Positions 54,757 through 64,000 of a stretch of DNA of 64,000 bases are shown piece after piece. The position numbers and the translations under genes were made by a program. Source of the stretch: an uncultured Gammaproteobacteria bacterium. GTDB taxonomy: Bacteria; Patescibacteriota; Patescibacteriia; VMEV01; CAYQCH01. The notes beneath the pieces are model-generated. The model was not told where the DNA came from, made no database searches, and saw only the letters and a list, made by a program, of their open reading frames with translations. The stretch is taken from assembly GCA_964503955.1 (NCBI GenBank), contig CAZDCG010000001.1, positions 316,210 to 380,209 on the forward strand, read 5' to 3'. Each line of letters opens with the position of its first letter. Within the stretch, counting starts at the first letter, position 1.

Positions 54757-55746
54757 ATGAAACAACGCATTCTTTCGGGCGTGCAGCCCTCAGGCGACCT
54801 TCATATCGGCAACTATATCGGCGCGCTCAAACAATGGGTGAATCTTCAGGACAAGTATGAAAATTACTTCTGCGTGGTGGATCACCATGCTATAACCGTT
54901 CCCCAAGATCCGCAGGATTTACGCCGCCGAACGGTTGAAATTGCCAAATGGTATCTTGCCTGCGGTATTGATCCTGATCGGTCAACAATTTTTATCCAGT
55001 CGCATGTTCCGGCACATACCGAGCTAGCCTGGATTCTTTCTTCCCTGACAAAAATCCCCGAAATGGAACGCATGACACAGTTCAAGGACAAATCCGCCAA
55101 GTCGCCAAAGAACGTGAATGCCGGTTTATTCACCTATCCTATTTTGATGGCAGCGGATATCCTGCTCTATCAAGCAAACCTCGTGCCTGTTGGAGATGAC
55201 CAGACTCAGCATCTGGAATTTACGCGCGTGATCGCTCGACGATTCAACCAGCACTATCAGCAGGAAATTTTTACTGAGCCGGAACAATTCACCCCGCCCC
55301 AGGGAGCGCGCGTCATGTCTTTAAGCGAGCCGGAGAAGAAAATGAGCAAAAGCGACCGTTCGCAAAACTCGCTCATTTATTTGATTGACGATGAAGAAAC
55401 GATCAAGAAGAAAATCAAAAAGGCAGTCACCGATTCCGGCGATGAAATCGAATACAGCGACAATAAACCGGCGCTGAAAAACCTGCTGACAATTTATAGC
55501 GCGTTTTCCGGCGAACCGATCCCGCAAATTGTGAAACATTATAACGGCATGGGATATAAACTCTTCAAAGAAGGCTTGTCAAAAACGATTATCGAGGGTC
55601 TCCGACCGATTCAGGAAACCTACGCCAAGCTTGAGAAAGATCCTTCCTATGTCCATGCGATTCTTGCAAACGGCGCGGAGAAAGCAAATCAGCTCGCGCA
55701 ATCAACTCTGCGTAATATCAAAAACGCCGTGGGATATTATTCATAA
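54757..55746 (+). CDS. trpS: tryptophanyl-tRNA synthetase
   Basis: SGVQPSGDLHIGNY (HIGH) and KMSKS motifs; 329 aa. Confidence 0.95.
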   Translation: MKQRILSGVQPSGDLHIGNYIGALKQWVNLQDKYENYFCVVDHHAITVPQDPQDLRRRTVEIAKWYLACGIDPDRSTIFIQSHVPAHTELAWILSSLTKIPEMERMTQFKDKSAKSPKNVNAGLFTYPILMAADILLYQANLVPVGDDQTQHLEFTRVIARRFNQHYQQEIFTEPEQFTPPQGARVMSLSEPEKKMSKSDRSQNSLIYLIDDEETIKKKIKKAVTDSGDEIEYSDNKPALKNLLTIYSAFSGEPIPQIVKHYNGMGYKLFKEGLSKTIIEGLRPIQETYAKLEKDPSYVHAILANGAEKANQLAQSTLRNIKNAVGYYS

Positions 55747-55929
55747 AATCTGGCGTCTATTTTCTAGATCTACCAAGCTTTCAATCAATAACGTCGTTCA
55801 GACGTAGGTTCCAGATGCTAGACGTCAGACGGAAGATTTTCACCCACAAGATTCCATCTATACGAGAAAAGGTCCGGAACCCTCACAGGTCCGGACCTTT
55901 TCCCTCCTATCGCCCCTTGTCGTTCCCGG

Positions 55930-56088
55930 CTATGCCGCGTCGGACTTGTTCGATTCCTCCTCGACCTGCTGCTCCGCCACGACAGGCAGCCTGTCGCTGA
56001 GACTGGTCAGGTACTCGGCCTCCCGGTCGAGCACCTTCCTGTCCACGCCGGGATCGTTCTCGTGCTCGTCATCGATCATGTGAAACAT
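55930..56088 (-). CDS. small acidic protein (52 aa) in a GC-rich patch, not in the ORF track
   Basis: GGTGGGGGG SD 4 nt before ATG; MFHMIDDEHENDPGVDRKVLDREAEYLTSLSDRLPVVAEQQVEEESNKSDAA; a bidirectional hairpin terminator (aaaggtccgg...ccggaccttt) is shared with trpS. Confidence 0.3.
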   Translation of the reverse strand: MFHMIDDEHENDPGVDRKVLDREAEYLTSLSDRLPVVAEQQVEEESNKSDAA

Positions 56089-56118
56089 GCTACCCCCCAC
56101 CGCTTGATGGATGATTGA

Positions 56119-56943
56119 CTACATAAGCCGCACCTGCCTCGCTTTGACCGGCGCTCCAAAGAACTGGCTGGCCAGTCCATCAAAGCGACGGTCAAGATCG
56201 GTCGTGAGAAAATCGAGTTGCCCGTTCTTGCTCAGATCTTTGTCGATTTCAGGATGACGCTGCAAGTAATCTGCCAGCGACTCCGCGACAATCGTCGGGA
56301 TATCAAGCACAAGAACGCGACGACCCATAATAGCTGAAATCGTGCTTTCCAGCAACTGGTAATGCGTGCACCCGTTGATCAGCACGTCAATTCGGGCCTT
56401 TTTGAGAGGTCGGAGGTAATACTTCAAAATCCGTTTTGTTTCCGGCCTCTTGTGAAAACCCTCCTCTACAAGCGGTACAAGCAGCGGACAAGCCTGCTCA
56501 AGAATATCGGCTTTCTGCGCAAGCTGCTGCTCGATCTCCTTACTGTAGACTCCTGACTGAATTGTCGCGCGCGTACCAATGACCCCGATTTTTTTTCCGG
56601 GAGCGACTTTGGCCACGGCCTCGGCAATGGGACGGATCACCCCAAGCACGCGTCGATCAGGATAATGCGAGGGCAACCATTCCTGCTGCAGCTGGCGCAG
56701 AGCCTGAGCCGACGCCGTATTGCAGGCAAGAATCACCAGCCTGCAGTCCTGCTCAAACAGATACTGCACGGCCTCTATCACATACGAGTAGATAATTTCA
56801 TGCGAATGGTTGCCATAAGGCGCCCTGGCCGAGTCGCCAAGGTAGAGAAAATCGTAGTCAGGCAAAGCCTGCCGGATTGCTTTAAAAACAGAGAGCCCGC
56901 CAAAACCGCTGTCAAAAACGCCTATTTTCATAAGAGTGCTCAC
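56119..56943 (-). CDS. murI: glutamate racemase
   Basis: IGVFDSGFGGLSV, ACNTASA and GCTHY motifs. Confidence 0.9.
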   Translation of the reverse strand: MSTLMKIGVFDSGFGGLSVFKAIRQALPDYDFLYLGDSARAPYGNHSHEIIYSYVIEAVQYLFEQDCRLVILACNTASAQALRQLQQEWLPSHYPDRRVLGVIRPIAEAVAKVAPGKKIGVIGTRATIQSGVYSKEIEQQLAQKADILEQACPLLVPLVEEGFHKRPETKRILKYYLRPLKKARIDVLINGCTHYQLLESTISAIMGRRVLVLDIPTIVAESLADYLQRHPEIDKDLSKNGQLDFLTTDLDRRFDGLASQFFGAPVKARQVRLM

Positions 56944-56987
56944 AAGTTAACCTTGTGAGCATAATCAGAATTGCCCAGACAAGCAAA

Positions 56988-57809
56988 TTAGGATTTTTGC
57001 AGAATCGCGGCCCAGTACTGTCCAATTGCCGTGACGACGGAGAACAGAATGAGAACAAGCCCCGCGGCAATGCTCAGCGAGATTTTTCGCAAAGCAGACA
57101 CGCGTGCCCGCGCGAAAGGATTTGCCTGCTTGATCGCGGCAAGCTGCTGATACACCAATCCGAAATAGAAAATCCAAACCGGCGTAAGCAGCAGAGACAA
57201 CAAGGTTGCGGCCAGAGCGCCGGAATATGGAATAACCAGAAGGAGGCTTACCAATGAAAAGAGAAAGACAAAAAAGATGAGGTAGCCAAGCAGCGGCCAG
57301 GCAAACCCTTTGGCCAGCTGCCTGCTGCGCGTAAAAGCCTGCCGGACGGTCGTATCTTCAATCACGAGAACATAGGCTCCAAGCATCCACCAGATTAACA
57401 GAATCAGGCCGGGAATGATCAACAAAAAGCTCCCCACAGATACGGCAATACCATTGAGAATCAGAAATGCGCCAAGTGTGAGCATCTTACGCCAAGCATA
57501 TTCATCAAAAGAGGAAAAAAAGGTTTTACCCGTTTTGATCATTGAACGCATGAACACAACCATGAACAGCGCATTGTACAAAAAGACCAGGGAGACAAAG
57601 AAGAGATTGACGCCAAACGTAAGTGCGGAAGATACCTCAAAAGCCTGATACAGTTCACCGACCGCGCTCCATAAGAGGAAAAGCAGGAACTGCACGCCCA
57701 CATAAAAAGCGGTGAGCGATCCAACCTGGAGCGTGCGCTTGATTGATTCAGAAAAGAGCTTGGCCGGAGACGAAAGCTCCGGAATCATTTGTTTTTGTTC
57801 TTCTGGCAT
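56988..57809 (-). CDS. polytopic membrane protein, hypothetical
   Basis: ~7 TM segments; no family recognised. Confidence 0.5.
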   Translation of the reverse strand: MPEEQKQMIPELSSPAKLFSESIKRTLQVGSLTAFYVGVQFLLFLLWSAVGELYQAFEVSSALTFGVNLFFVSLVFLYNALFMVVFMRSMIKTGKTFFSSFDEYAWRKMLTLGAFLILNGIAVSVGSFLLIIPGLILLIWWMLGAYVLVIEDTTVRQAFTRSRQLAKGFAWPLLGYLIFFVFLFSLVSLLLVIPYSGALAATLLSLLLTPVWIFYFGLVYQQLAAIKQANPFARARVSALRKISLSIAAGLVLILFSVVTAIGQYWAAILQKS

Positions 57810-57811
57810 AG

Positions 57812-59197
57812 TTAGTGCGAGCGGATTATCGATAAAACCTCTTTGGTTCTTTCTTCCATAAGAGCCTGGCTGTTTGCCTCAAGATTCAGACGGATCACCG
57901 GATCATTGGCCGATGGACGGACATTGCAGCGCCAGTCGGGATATTCAATGGACACGCCGTCCAGCTCAAGCAGCTTGGCATCGGCATACCGTTCTTTCAA
58001 GAAAGCCATGGCCGCCTGCTGATCGCGCACCGAAGAATTGATTTCTCCTGAGACATGATATTCGCCAAGATCGGTAATGAACTGCGAGAGCGGTTTTCCG
58101 GAAGTCGAAAGCAATTCAAGAATCATCAGCGGCGGAAGAAAACCATTGTCCATGTACTGGTTATCGGCAAAATAGTAATGACCGCTGACTTCCCCGCCAA
58201 AGACCGCCTGCTCGGCACGCATGCGCTGCTTAATATGCGCATGCCCCACGCGTTCCATATGCGGTACCCCGCCGTGCTTTCGTATTGTATCAGGAACCAC
58301 GTTTGACGCGCGAAGATCATAGACAATTCCCGCTCCCGGATGCTTTTGCAGGAATTGAATCGCCAAAAGTGCGGTGGCAAAATCTCCATGAATGAAGTCT
58401 CCTTTTTCACTGATGAAATAAGCTCGGTCCGCATCCGCATCCCAGGCAATGCCAAGGTCAGCGCCGACTTCCTTCACTTTTGCTTCGATATGAACACGGT
58501 TTTCCGGGATGATCGGATTCGCTTCATGATTTGGAAATCCCGCATCAGGCGTAAAGCATAATTCAGTGATGTCTAATCCAAGACCTGCAAAAATCTTTCT
58601 CGCGATTGGACCGGCCACCCCATTGCCGGCATCCATCACGACTTTTAGCGGCTTGATCTTGCTTTTATCGACAAAGGACCATAGGAATGCTTCGTAATCA
58701 GGGAAAACGTCTTTAGAGATCACCGTACCTGGAACAGCGGATGCCAGCATTTGACCGGAAGCAATCTCTGATGCAAACGCGTAAAGCTCCTCCATTCCGC
58801 TGCCCTTGCCGATCGGTTTAAGGTCTTTGGTGATAAATTTGAACCCGTTAAATTGCGCCGGCATATGCGACGCGGTAATCATCACGGCCCCCTGAATCTG
58901 ATCAGGGCCGTCGCCAACATACTTCCAGGAAGCAAAATAGGTCATGTCGGTTGTGACCTGGCCGATATCCCAAACGTCCACGCCCGCATCGGTCAATCCC
59001 CGCACCAACGCTTCTTTCAGCTCAGGGGTTGAATCGCGGTGATCATAGCCAACGACCACGCGCTTGGCCGGATTATATTTGACGAATGCCTGGGCAATGG
59101 CATACGCCGTGCTCGCATCGATTTCAGAAGGGACCTCTCCCCTCACGTCATAACTTCGAAAATTTCCCTCCCGTACATTGAATGTTGCAAACGGCAT
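57812..59197 (-). CDS. phosphoglucomutase/phosphomannomutase family protein
   Basis: Active-site TASHMP (TASHNP variant), four-domain alpha-D-phosphohexomutase layout. Confidence 0.85.
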   Translation of the reverse strand: MPFATFNVREGNFRSYDVRGEVPSEIDASTAYAIAQAFVKYNPAKRVVVGYDHRDSTPELKEALVRGLTDAGVDVWDIGQVTTDMTYFASWKYVGDGPDQIQGAVMITASHMPAQFNGFKFITKDLKPIGKGSGMEELYAFASEIASGQMLASAVPGTVISKDVFPDYEAFLWSFVDKSKIKPLKVVMDAGNGVAGPIARKIFAGLGLDITELCFTPDAGFPNHEANPIIPENRVHIEAKVKEVGADLGIAWDADADRAYFISEKGDFIHGDFATALLAIQFLQKHPGAGIVYDLRASNVVPDTIRKHGGVPHMERVGHAHIKQRMRAEQAVFGGEVSGHYYFADNQYMDNGFLPPLMILELLSTSGKPLSQFITDLGEYHVSGEINSSVRDQQAAMAFLKERYADAKLLELDGVSIEYPDWRCNVRPSANDPVIRLNLEANSQALMEERTKEVLSIIRSH

Positions 59198-59213
59198 AGG
59201 CTGTCAGAAATGC

Positions 59214-60362
59214 TTATTGCAGTCGTTTTAGCACGCCTGTGCCGGCTGTCAAAAAAGCGCCAAGACCGGCCATGGCGGCAAGGAAAATCAGCAAACCTCC
59301 AACAAATGGCACAGCGGATATGATGCCCAGAACGAGCAAACCGGCAAGCAGCGACCATCGGGGTGAAACATGTTTCCAACGACGGCCGGAAACCTTCTTC
59401 ACGAGCGGCTCGCCTAGCACCATGGCAATGACGACACCTCCGCTAAGCACGGCAATCATCAAAATAGAACCAAACAAAACGGCCAATGGCATGCCGATAA
59501 CGGTCAAGGCCAGAATGACGCAGAGAACAGGCACCAAAACAAAGGCGGCGATTCCTTTCCCGATATTGAGCCAGAGAGCGGCGCGCAAAGCCTGCTCCGC
59601 CTGCGCAAGCAAACGCGGAACAGCCCAGAGCAGGAACCAGCCTAAACAGAAGAACGCGATCAGTTTCAGCAAAAGGAATGCCAACCATAATACAACGGCG
59701 GCCGCAACCGCGCCCTCTCTCGCCTGTCGATGTTTTTCAATGGGAGTGAAATTTACTTCTCCACCCACAACGGCTCCGGAAAGCACTTGCGCGGCGCGCG
59801 GAGACGCGTAAAACAGGTCGCCGCCGATTCTTGCCTGCGGGCTTAATTGCAAGCTCCCGACTTTGGCCCACATATTTTCCTTCACTTGACCAAGAACACG
59901 CACGGTTCCCGCACTGACCCGAATATCTTTGCTGACGGTGCCAGCCAGATCCATATTGCCTCCCAGCAGCAGAAGCCCCCAGCCGACCGCGCTTGTATTG
60001 CTCAGGTAGATATCGCCCGCGATCAGACTCGCATTTTTGCCAACCACTCCGTCAAGCAAGACATTGCCGGCAATCGCCCGCACATTGCCCTGTACGGGAC
60101 CTGAAACATGCACATCGCCTCCAAGTGCTATAACATCGCCAGCAACAGCGCCGGTCACAACCACGCTGCCTCCCGCGACAATGACATCGCCTTCCACCTT
60201 TCCTTCCACAAGGATTTGATCGCCGGCCGCGAGAAAATTGCCGTCAATCACCTCATCCGGCGCGACATGCACCACCCTTGGCGCATTCATGCCCGCAAAA
60301 ACCGAAAGCGGGAAGAAGAGAAACGTAATGAGAAAAACCAATTTGAGCTTGCGCATAAACAA
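59214..60362 (-). CDS. bactofilin-like (polymer-forming cytoskeletal, DUF583) repeat protein with signal peptide and C-terminal multi-TM region
   Basis: Repeated GDV/GNV beta-helix units (VEGDVIVAGGSVVVTGAVAGDVIALGGDVHVSGPVQGNVRAIAGNV...), then ~5 TM helices. Confidence 0.55.
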   Translation of the reverse strand: MFMRKLKLVFLITFLFFPLSVFAGMNAPRVVHVAPDEVIDGNFLAAGDQILVEGKVEGDVIVAGGSVVVTGAVAGDVIALGGDVHVSGPVQGNVRAIAGNVLLDGVVGKNASLIAGDIYLSNTSAVGWGLLLLGGNMDLAGTVSKDIRVSAGTVRVLGQVKENMWAKVGSLQLSPQARIGGDLFYASPRAAQVLSGAVVGGEVNFTPIEKHRQAREGAVAAAVVLWLAFLLLKLIAFFCLGWFLLWAVPRLLAQAEQALRAALWLNIGKGIAAFVLVPVLCVILALTVIGMPLAVLFGSILMIAVLSGGVVIAMVLGEPLVKKVSGRRWKHVSPRWSLLAGLLVLGIISAVPFVGGLLIFLAAMAGLGAFLTAGTGVLKRLQ

Positions 60363-60377
60363 AAAAGCTATTTTCTT

Positions 60378-61112
60378 TCAGTATAGCTTTTTTGTCCCTC
60401 TTAAAACAAGATTCTTGCCGGCAATCGCGCGGGCTTTGCGGCCGTCTTTTCTGTAGGAAAGTTCCTCAATCGCCAGTTCGGGCGGCAGAAGCGCGCGCAA
60501 TTCACGCTTGGTAAAGGCGTGATAGTATCGATAGACCGGTTCGCGCACACCCCATTGCCAGATATGCGCCGTATCCTTAAAAGAAAGCTGCGCGCGCAAT
60601 GCAGGCGGAAATGCGCGCTTTGCCTGATCAGACCAGAAAAATCGTTTCCAATAGTGCGGCCGCCAAAGCCCCATTACCGTGATCAGCAGCTTGCCGCCCG
60701 GTTTCAGCACGCGTGCCGCCTCCCGCAAAGCCCGCGCGCGTTCCTCCTTTGTGAGCAAATGATGCAAAGCGGCAATATGCAGGACCGCGTCAAAGCTATT
60801 GTCTGGAAATGGAAGTTCAAGCATGCTGCCGGTGAAAAATTTCCCTTGCGGACAGGCTTTACGCGCCTGGTTGATTTGCTCCTCGCTTATATCAATCCCC
60901 GTATAGTGAACCCCTTCCTTTGCAAGCTGCGCGCAGACCCGACCCGTTCCACAGCCCACATCTAAGACGCTCTCTCCCGCTTTAAGCTCTTCGAGAAATT
61001 CACTCACTTCAGGCCATTTCATGCCCCGCCGGGACGCGGCAAAAGCGCCGGCAATCCGGTCATAATCGGCTTGTGTTTTGCGCTCTATGGGGGTATAATG
61101 TTCGTTCAACAT
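60378..61112 (-). CDS. class I SAM-dependent methyltransferase
   Basis: Motif I VLDVGCGTGRV and post-I acidic residue. Confidence 0.8.
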   Translation of the reverse strand: MLNEHYTPIERKTQADYDRIAGAFAASRRGMKWPEVSEFLEELKAGESVLDVGCGTGRVCAQLAKEGVHYTGIDISEEQINQARKACPQGKFFTGSMLELPFPDNSFDAVLHIAALHHLLTKEERARALREAARVLKPGGKLLITVMGLWRPHYWKRFFWSDQAKRAFPPALRAQLSFKDTAHIWQWGVREPVYRYYHAFTKRELRALLPPELAIEELSYRKDGRKARAIAGKNLVLRGTKKLY

Positions 61113-61190
61113 TGTTCACGTGTTAATGAGTTAACGTGTTAACGGGTTTGCCTTGAACGCGTTAACTCATGAACATGCTAACCCGTTAAC

Positions 61191-62900
61191 ATGTCCTACA
61201 ACGAACTTATCAAACAAATCGTCGCGCAACAACCGTCATCCAGAAACGAGATGCAGACGATCATTCGTACACATATCAAATCACGCGGAGCATCCTTTCC
61301 GCGTTTTTCGCATTTGCTTGAAGCCTATCGATCCTTGGTGGCCGGCAAGGAGCTTGAAGCGCAGCCCTGGCTTGAGCCGCTGCTTATCAAACGCGCGATC
61401 CGCACGCTTTCGGGCGTAGCGCCTGTCCATGTCATGACGGCACCGCTTGGATGTCCGGCCAATTGCCTGTACTGCCCGAATGAGCCGGGCATGCCCAAAA
61501 GCTATCTTTCCAATCAGCCGGGTTCCATGCGCGCGATTCTCAATGACTTTGACCCGTACAAACAAGTCACCATGCGGCTGCGCGCGCTCTATCAGAACGG
61601 ACACCATCCCGAAAAAATCGAATTGGTTGAAAATGGCGGAACATGGACCGCGCTGCCACGTCGTTACCGCACCTGGTTTATCACCCGCTGCTATCAAGCT
61701 GCCAATGATTTTGATCCTCAAGACTTTGTCAAAACAACGGACTTCATTCCGTCTAATAATTCCCGTTTGACGATTTTAAACCGGCTCAAAGAACAGCCTG
61801 ATCATCTGCTGAAAGCATCGCTGCGCTTGCATGACGAAGACGACGAGGATTTGCTTACCGAACTTTTTGCCGCGCAAAAGATGAATGAAACAGCCCGCTA
61901 TCGCATCATCGGCATCACGCTTGAAACCCGCCCTGACTGGCTGGCTGATGATGAAATCCATCACCTGCGTCTCATGGGCTGCACCAAGCTTGAGATCGGC
62001 GTACAAAGCATCAATGAAGAAGTATTGAAATGGAATAATCGCGGACATGGCGTAGAGGCAGTTATTAACGCGACGCAAGCCTTGCGCGACGCGGGCTTTA
62101 AAGTCGGCTACCATATGATGCCGGGGATGTTTAAGTCCACACCGGAATCAGACAAACAAATGTTTGTGGAGCTCTTCGCCAACCCCGCGTTTAAGCCGGA
62201 CTTTCTCAAAGTTTATCCTTGCGTTGTCGTGCAAGAAGCTCCTCTGTATAAACTCTGGGAGCGCGGTGAGTATAAACCCTATGAAGGAGACGAACTCATC
62301 GACGTACTGATTACCATTTCACAGACCTTCCCCCGCTATTGCCGCGTCGCGCGCCTCATTCGCGATATTCCTTCAGAAAGTATTTCGGGCGGGAATAAAA
62401 TCACCAATCTCAGAGAAGTCGTTGAGCAAAACATGCGCCAGCTTGGAATTGCTTCGCAAGATATCCGCGCTCGCGAAGTCATGGGCAATGTGCAGAATGA
62501 AGAACTGGCGCACAATGATCTCGTGTATGAAACCATCAACGGCGAAGAGCATTTCCTCAGCTTTGACGGGCAGGATTCCGACAAGCTCTACGCATTCCTG
62601 CGCTTGCGGCTCCCGCAAAGCAATTCCCATTTGATCAAAACAACCTTTCCCGAGCTGATGAATGCCGCGCTGATCCGCGAAGTGCATACCTATGGCAAGC
62701 TCGCGCGTATTGGAAATGACGATGAGACAAAGCAGGCGCAACACAAAGGACTTGGCAAACAGCTGATGGAAAAAGCCGAAGAGCTTGCGCGCAATCGTGG
62801 TTATAAAAAAATCGCCGTCATCGCCGGCGTGGGAACGCGCGAATATTATCGAAAATTCGGCTACGAGCTTGAGGGGACATATATGGTGAAACCGCTCTAA
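61191..62900 (+). CDS. Elp3-like radical SAM + GNAT acetyltransferase (tRNA U34 modification family)
   Basis: Radical-SAM Cys cluster (GCPANCLYCPN), a large radical-SAM core, and a C-terminal GNAT fold (...[41 protein letters not shown]). Confidence 0.8.
   Translation: MSYNELIKQIVAQQPSSRNEMQTIIRTHIKSRGASFPRFSHLLEAYRSLVAGKELEAQPWLEPLLIKRAIRTLSGVAPVHVMTAPLGCPANCLYCPNEPGMPKSYLSNQPGSMRAILNDFDPYKQVTMRLRALYQNGHHPEKIELVENGGTWTALPRRYRTWFITRCYQAANDFDPQDFVKTTDFIPSNNSRLTILNRLKEQPDHLLKASLRLHDEDDEDLLTELFAAQKMNETARYRIIGITLETRPDWLADDEIHHLRLMGCTKLEIGVQSINEEVLKWNNRGHGVEAVINATQALRDAGFKVGYHMMPGMFKSTPESDKQMFVELFANPAFKPDFLKVYPCVVVQEAPLYKLWERGEYKPYEGDELIDVLITISQTFPRYCRVARLIRDIPSESISGGNKITNLREVVEQNMRQLGIASQDIRAREVMGNVQNEELAHNDLVYETINGEEHFLSFDGQDSDKLYAFLRLRLPQSNSHLIKTTFPELMNAALIREVHTYGKLARIGNDDETKQAQHKGLGKQLMEKAEELARNRGYKKIAVIAGVGTREYYRKFGYELEGTYMVKPL
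62798..62900 (+). repeat. elp3 3' end, copy 1 of a ~92-bp direct repeat
   Basis: ttataaaaaaatcgccgtcatcgccggcgtgggaacgcgcgaatattatcgaaaattcggctacgagcttgaggggacatatatggtgaa is repeated at 63638-63730 with ~6 mismatches and one 1-nt deletion. Confidence 0.8.
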
Positions 62901-62951
62901 ATAAATCATCCCCGCAGAATAGGAGCATCCTGCGGGGAATAGGTAGCGGTC

Positions 62952-63548
62952 TCAAACCGCGATATCACCACCCTCTCTTTTGTCCCAACCCCCGTCACGC
63001 AGGTACGTGAAGCCTGTTCCGTTATCGAATCTGAACTGGCCGAATCGATGGAGAGACAACAGCAGTGGAGGGACAGCAAGCTCTGCAAGATCCCAATCAG
63101 CTATCTGAGCGGCCTCTACTGCATCGATGCACTTCAGGCCGGCGTCACGTGCGAGCTCTCGGTCACCGCCTCCGCAAAAGACAAGGTCAACTAAGCAGAC
63201 ATCAGTATGTGGCAGCTCAGGAATCTCAAACTCCAAAATAGAGTGCATCACAGGAAGAGGCAGGTCGTTAAACATGCCACTATTCTCTAGGGCTTTGAGG
63301 CACTCTAGTTCGGCCACATTAACCTGATGACAGGCTAGCGACTCCCGAAGATCCCATTCCCTCAAGACCCTTACCGCACTACCCATTTCTGAGCCTAGGT
63401 GCTTGGTACTCTCATCAATGTCTCGCATGCGTTGAACACAAGCAGCGCTCCAGAGATCGCGCAGCTTCAGAAACGGCTGCACGTCGTAGCCGGATGAGGC
63501 CTCATGCAGCGGCACTGAGAACGAAGCGTTTGTCAGAAAAAAATACAC
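62952..63548 (-). CDS. hypothetical protein carried on the 740-bp insert between the elp3 3'-end repeats
   Basis: 198-aa ORF; no recognisable family. Confidence 0.4.
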   Translation of the reverse strand: MYFFLTNASFSVPLHEASSGYDVQPFLKLRDLWSAACVQRMRDIDESTKHLGSEMGSAVRVLREWDLRESLACHQVNVAELECLKALENSGMFNDLPLPVMHSILEFEIPELPHTDVCLVDLVFCGGGDRELARDAGLKCIDAVEAAQIADWDLAELAVPPLLLSLHRFGQFRFDNGTGFTYLRDGGWDKREGGDIAV

Positions 63549-63637
63549 CAGCTCTCCTTTGAAGTCGCTAATGTAGCGACGTTACACGATACCCTTTTCC
63601 TTCGAAATCGTCAATATCGCTGAGCTAAAAGCAAGCG

Positions 63638-63730
63638 CAGTTATAAAAAATCGCCGTGATCGCCGGCGTGGGAACGCGCGAATACTATCGAAAATTCGGC
63701 TACGAGCTGAAAGGGACATATATGGTGAAG
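63638..63730 (+). repeat. degenerate duplicate of the elp3 3' end (copy 2)
   Basis: See 62798-62900; frameshifted relative to elp3, so non-coding. Confidence 0.8.
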
Positions 63731-63789
63731 AGACTGGATCACGAGATCACCAGAACATGAAATCAAAGAGCAATGATCAAGGAGCAATG

Positions 63790-64000
63790 TTATTCTTTGA
63801 GACGCACAACTTTGCCCTTATTCTTCTTCGCGAATTGCTCCAATTGCTTATCAAATGTCACAAGCTTATAACCGTACTGATTACTCATATATGCAAGCGT
63901 GTAATCAGTGAAAGACATTTTTGTCTTGAAATGAAGAAAGAAAAAGAGCTCCTGCTCATAACCATTCTCAACCAGCCGAGCAGATTGACTGTTAATCAGT
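63790..64000 (-). CDS. PIN-domain (VapC-like) protein, C-terminal part (runs off the window end)
   Basis: ...YGYKLVTFDKQLEQFAKKN... resembles the C-terminal LVTxDxxF motif of PIN nucleases. Confidence 0.3.
   Translation of the reverse strand, partial: LINSQSARLVENGYEQELFFFLHFKTKMSFTDYTLAYMSNQYGYKLVTFDKQLEQFAKKNKGKVVRLKE

Overview
This 64 kb window is bacterial chromosome with moderate GC in the core genes. It looks like an uncultivated, small-genome lineage, possibly CPR/Patescibacteria. The evidence is indirect: it carries GxxExxY and four-helix-bundle (rRNA-IVS-type) proteins, ThrRS lacks the N-terminal TGS domain, and many core genes (rplT, gatB, dnaE, pheT, thrS, trpS, thyA, dgt) have no Shine-Dalgarno sequence. 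The core genes are rpmI(partial)-rplT, a dNTP-metabolism cluster (dcd, thyA-folA, dut, dgt, tmk), gatB-yqeY, miaA and miaB, thrS preceded by a T-box leader, dnaE, pheS/pheT, trpS, murI, a phosphoglucomutase/phosphomannomutase family gene, an ABC transporter pair and an Elp3-like gene. Several short GC-rich patches are laid over this backbone, and their genes do carry strong AGGAGG-type ribosome-binding sites, which suggests horizontal acquisition. The clearest is a ~3.9 kb integrative island inserted at tRNA-Asp(GTC), at 5448-9350. It is bounded by a 25-bp direct repeat of the tRNA 3' end and carries a tyrosine integrase, an excisionase-like HTH gene and uncharacterised cargo. Other notable items: cassettes bounded by inverted repeats that carry GxxExxY and four-helix-bundle genes (one a truncated copy wedged between pheS and pheT, plus a solo repeat); a GC-rich locus of tandem multi-Cys zinc-finger-module proteins with a small acidic peptide gene whose leader sequesters the SD; tandem paralogous 132-aa genes; several families of dispersed intergenic palindromic repeats; a ~92-bp duplication of the elp3 3' end flanking a 740-bp insert; and a Cys-rich membrane protein interrupted by an in-frame TGA. 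All calls rest on reading the sequence and the ORF track; no searches were run.
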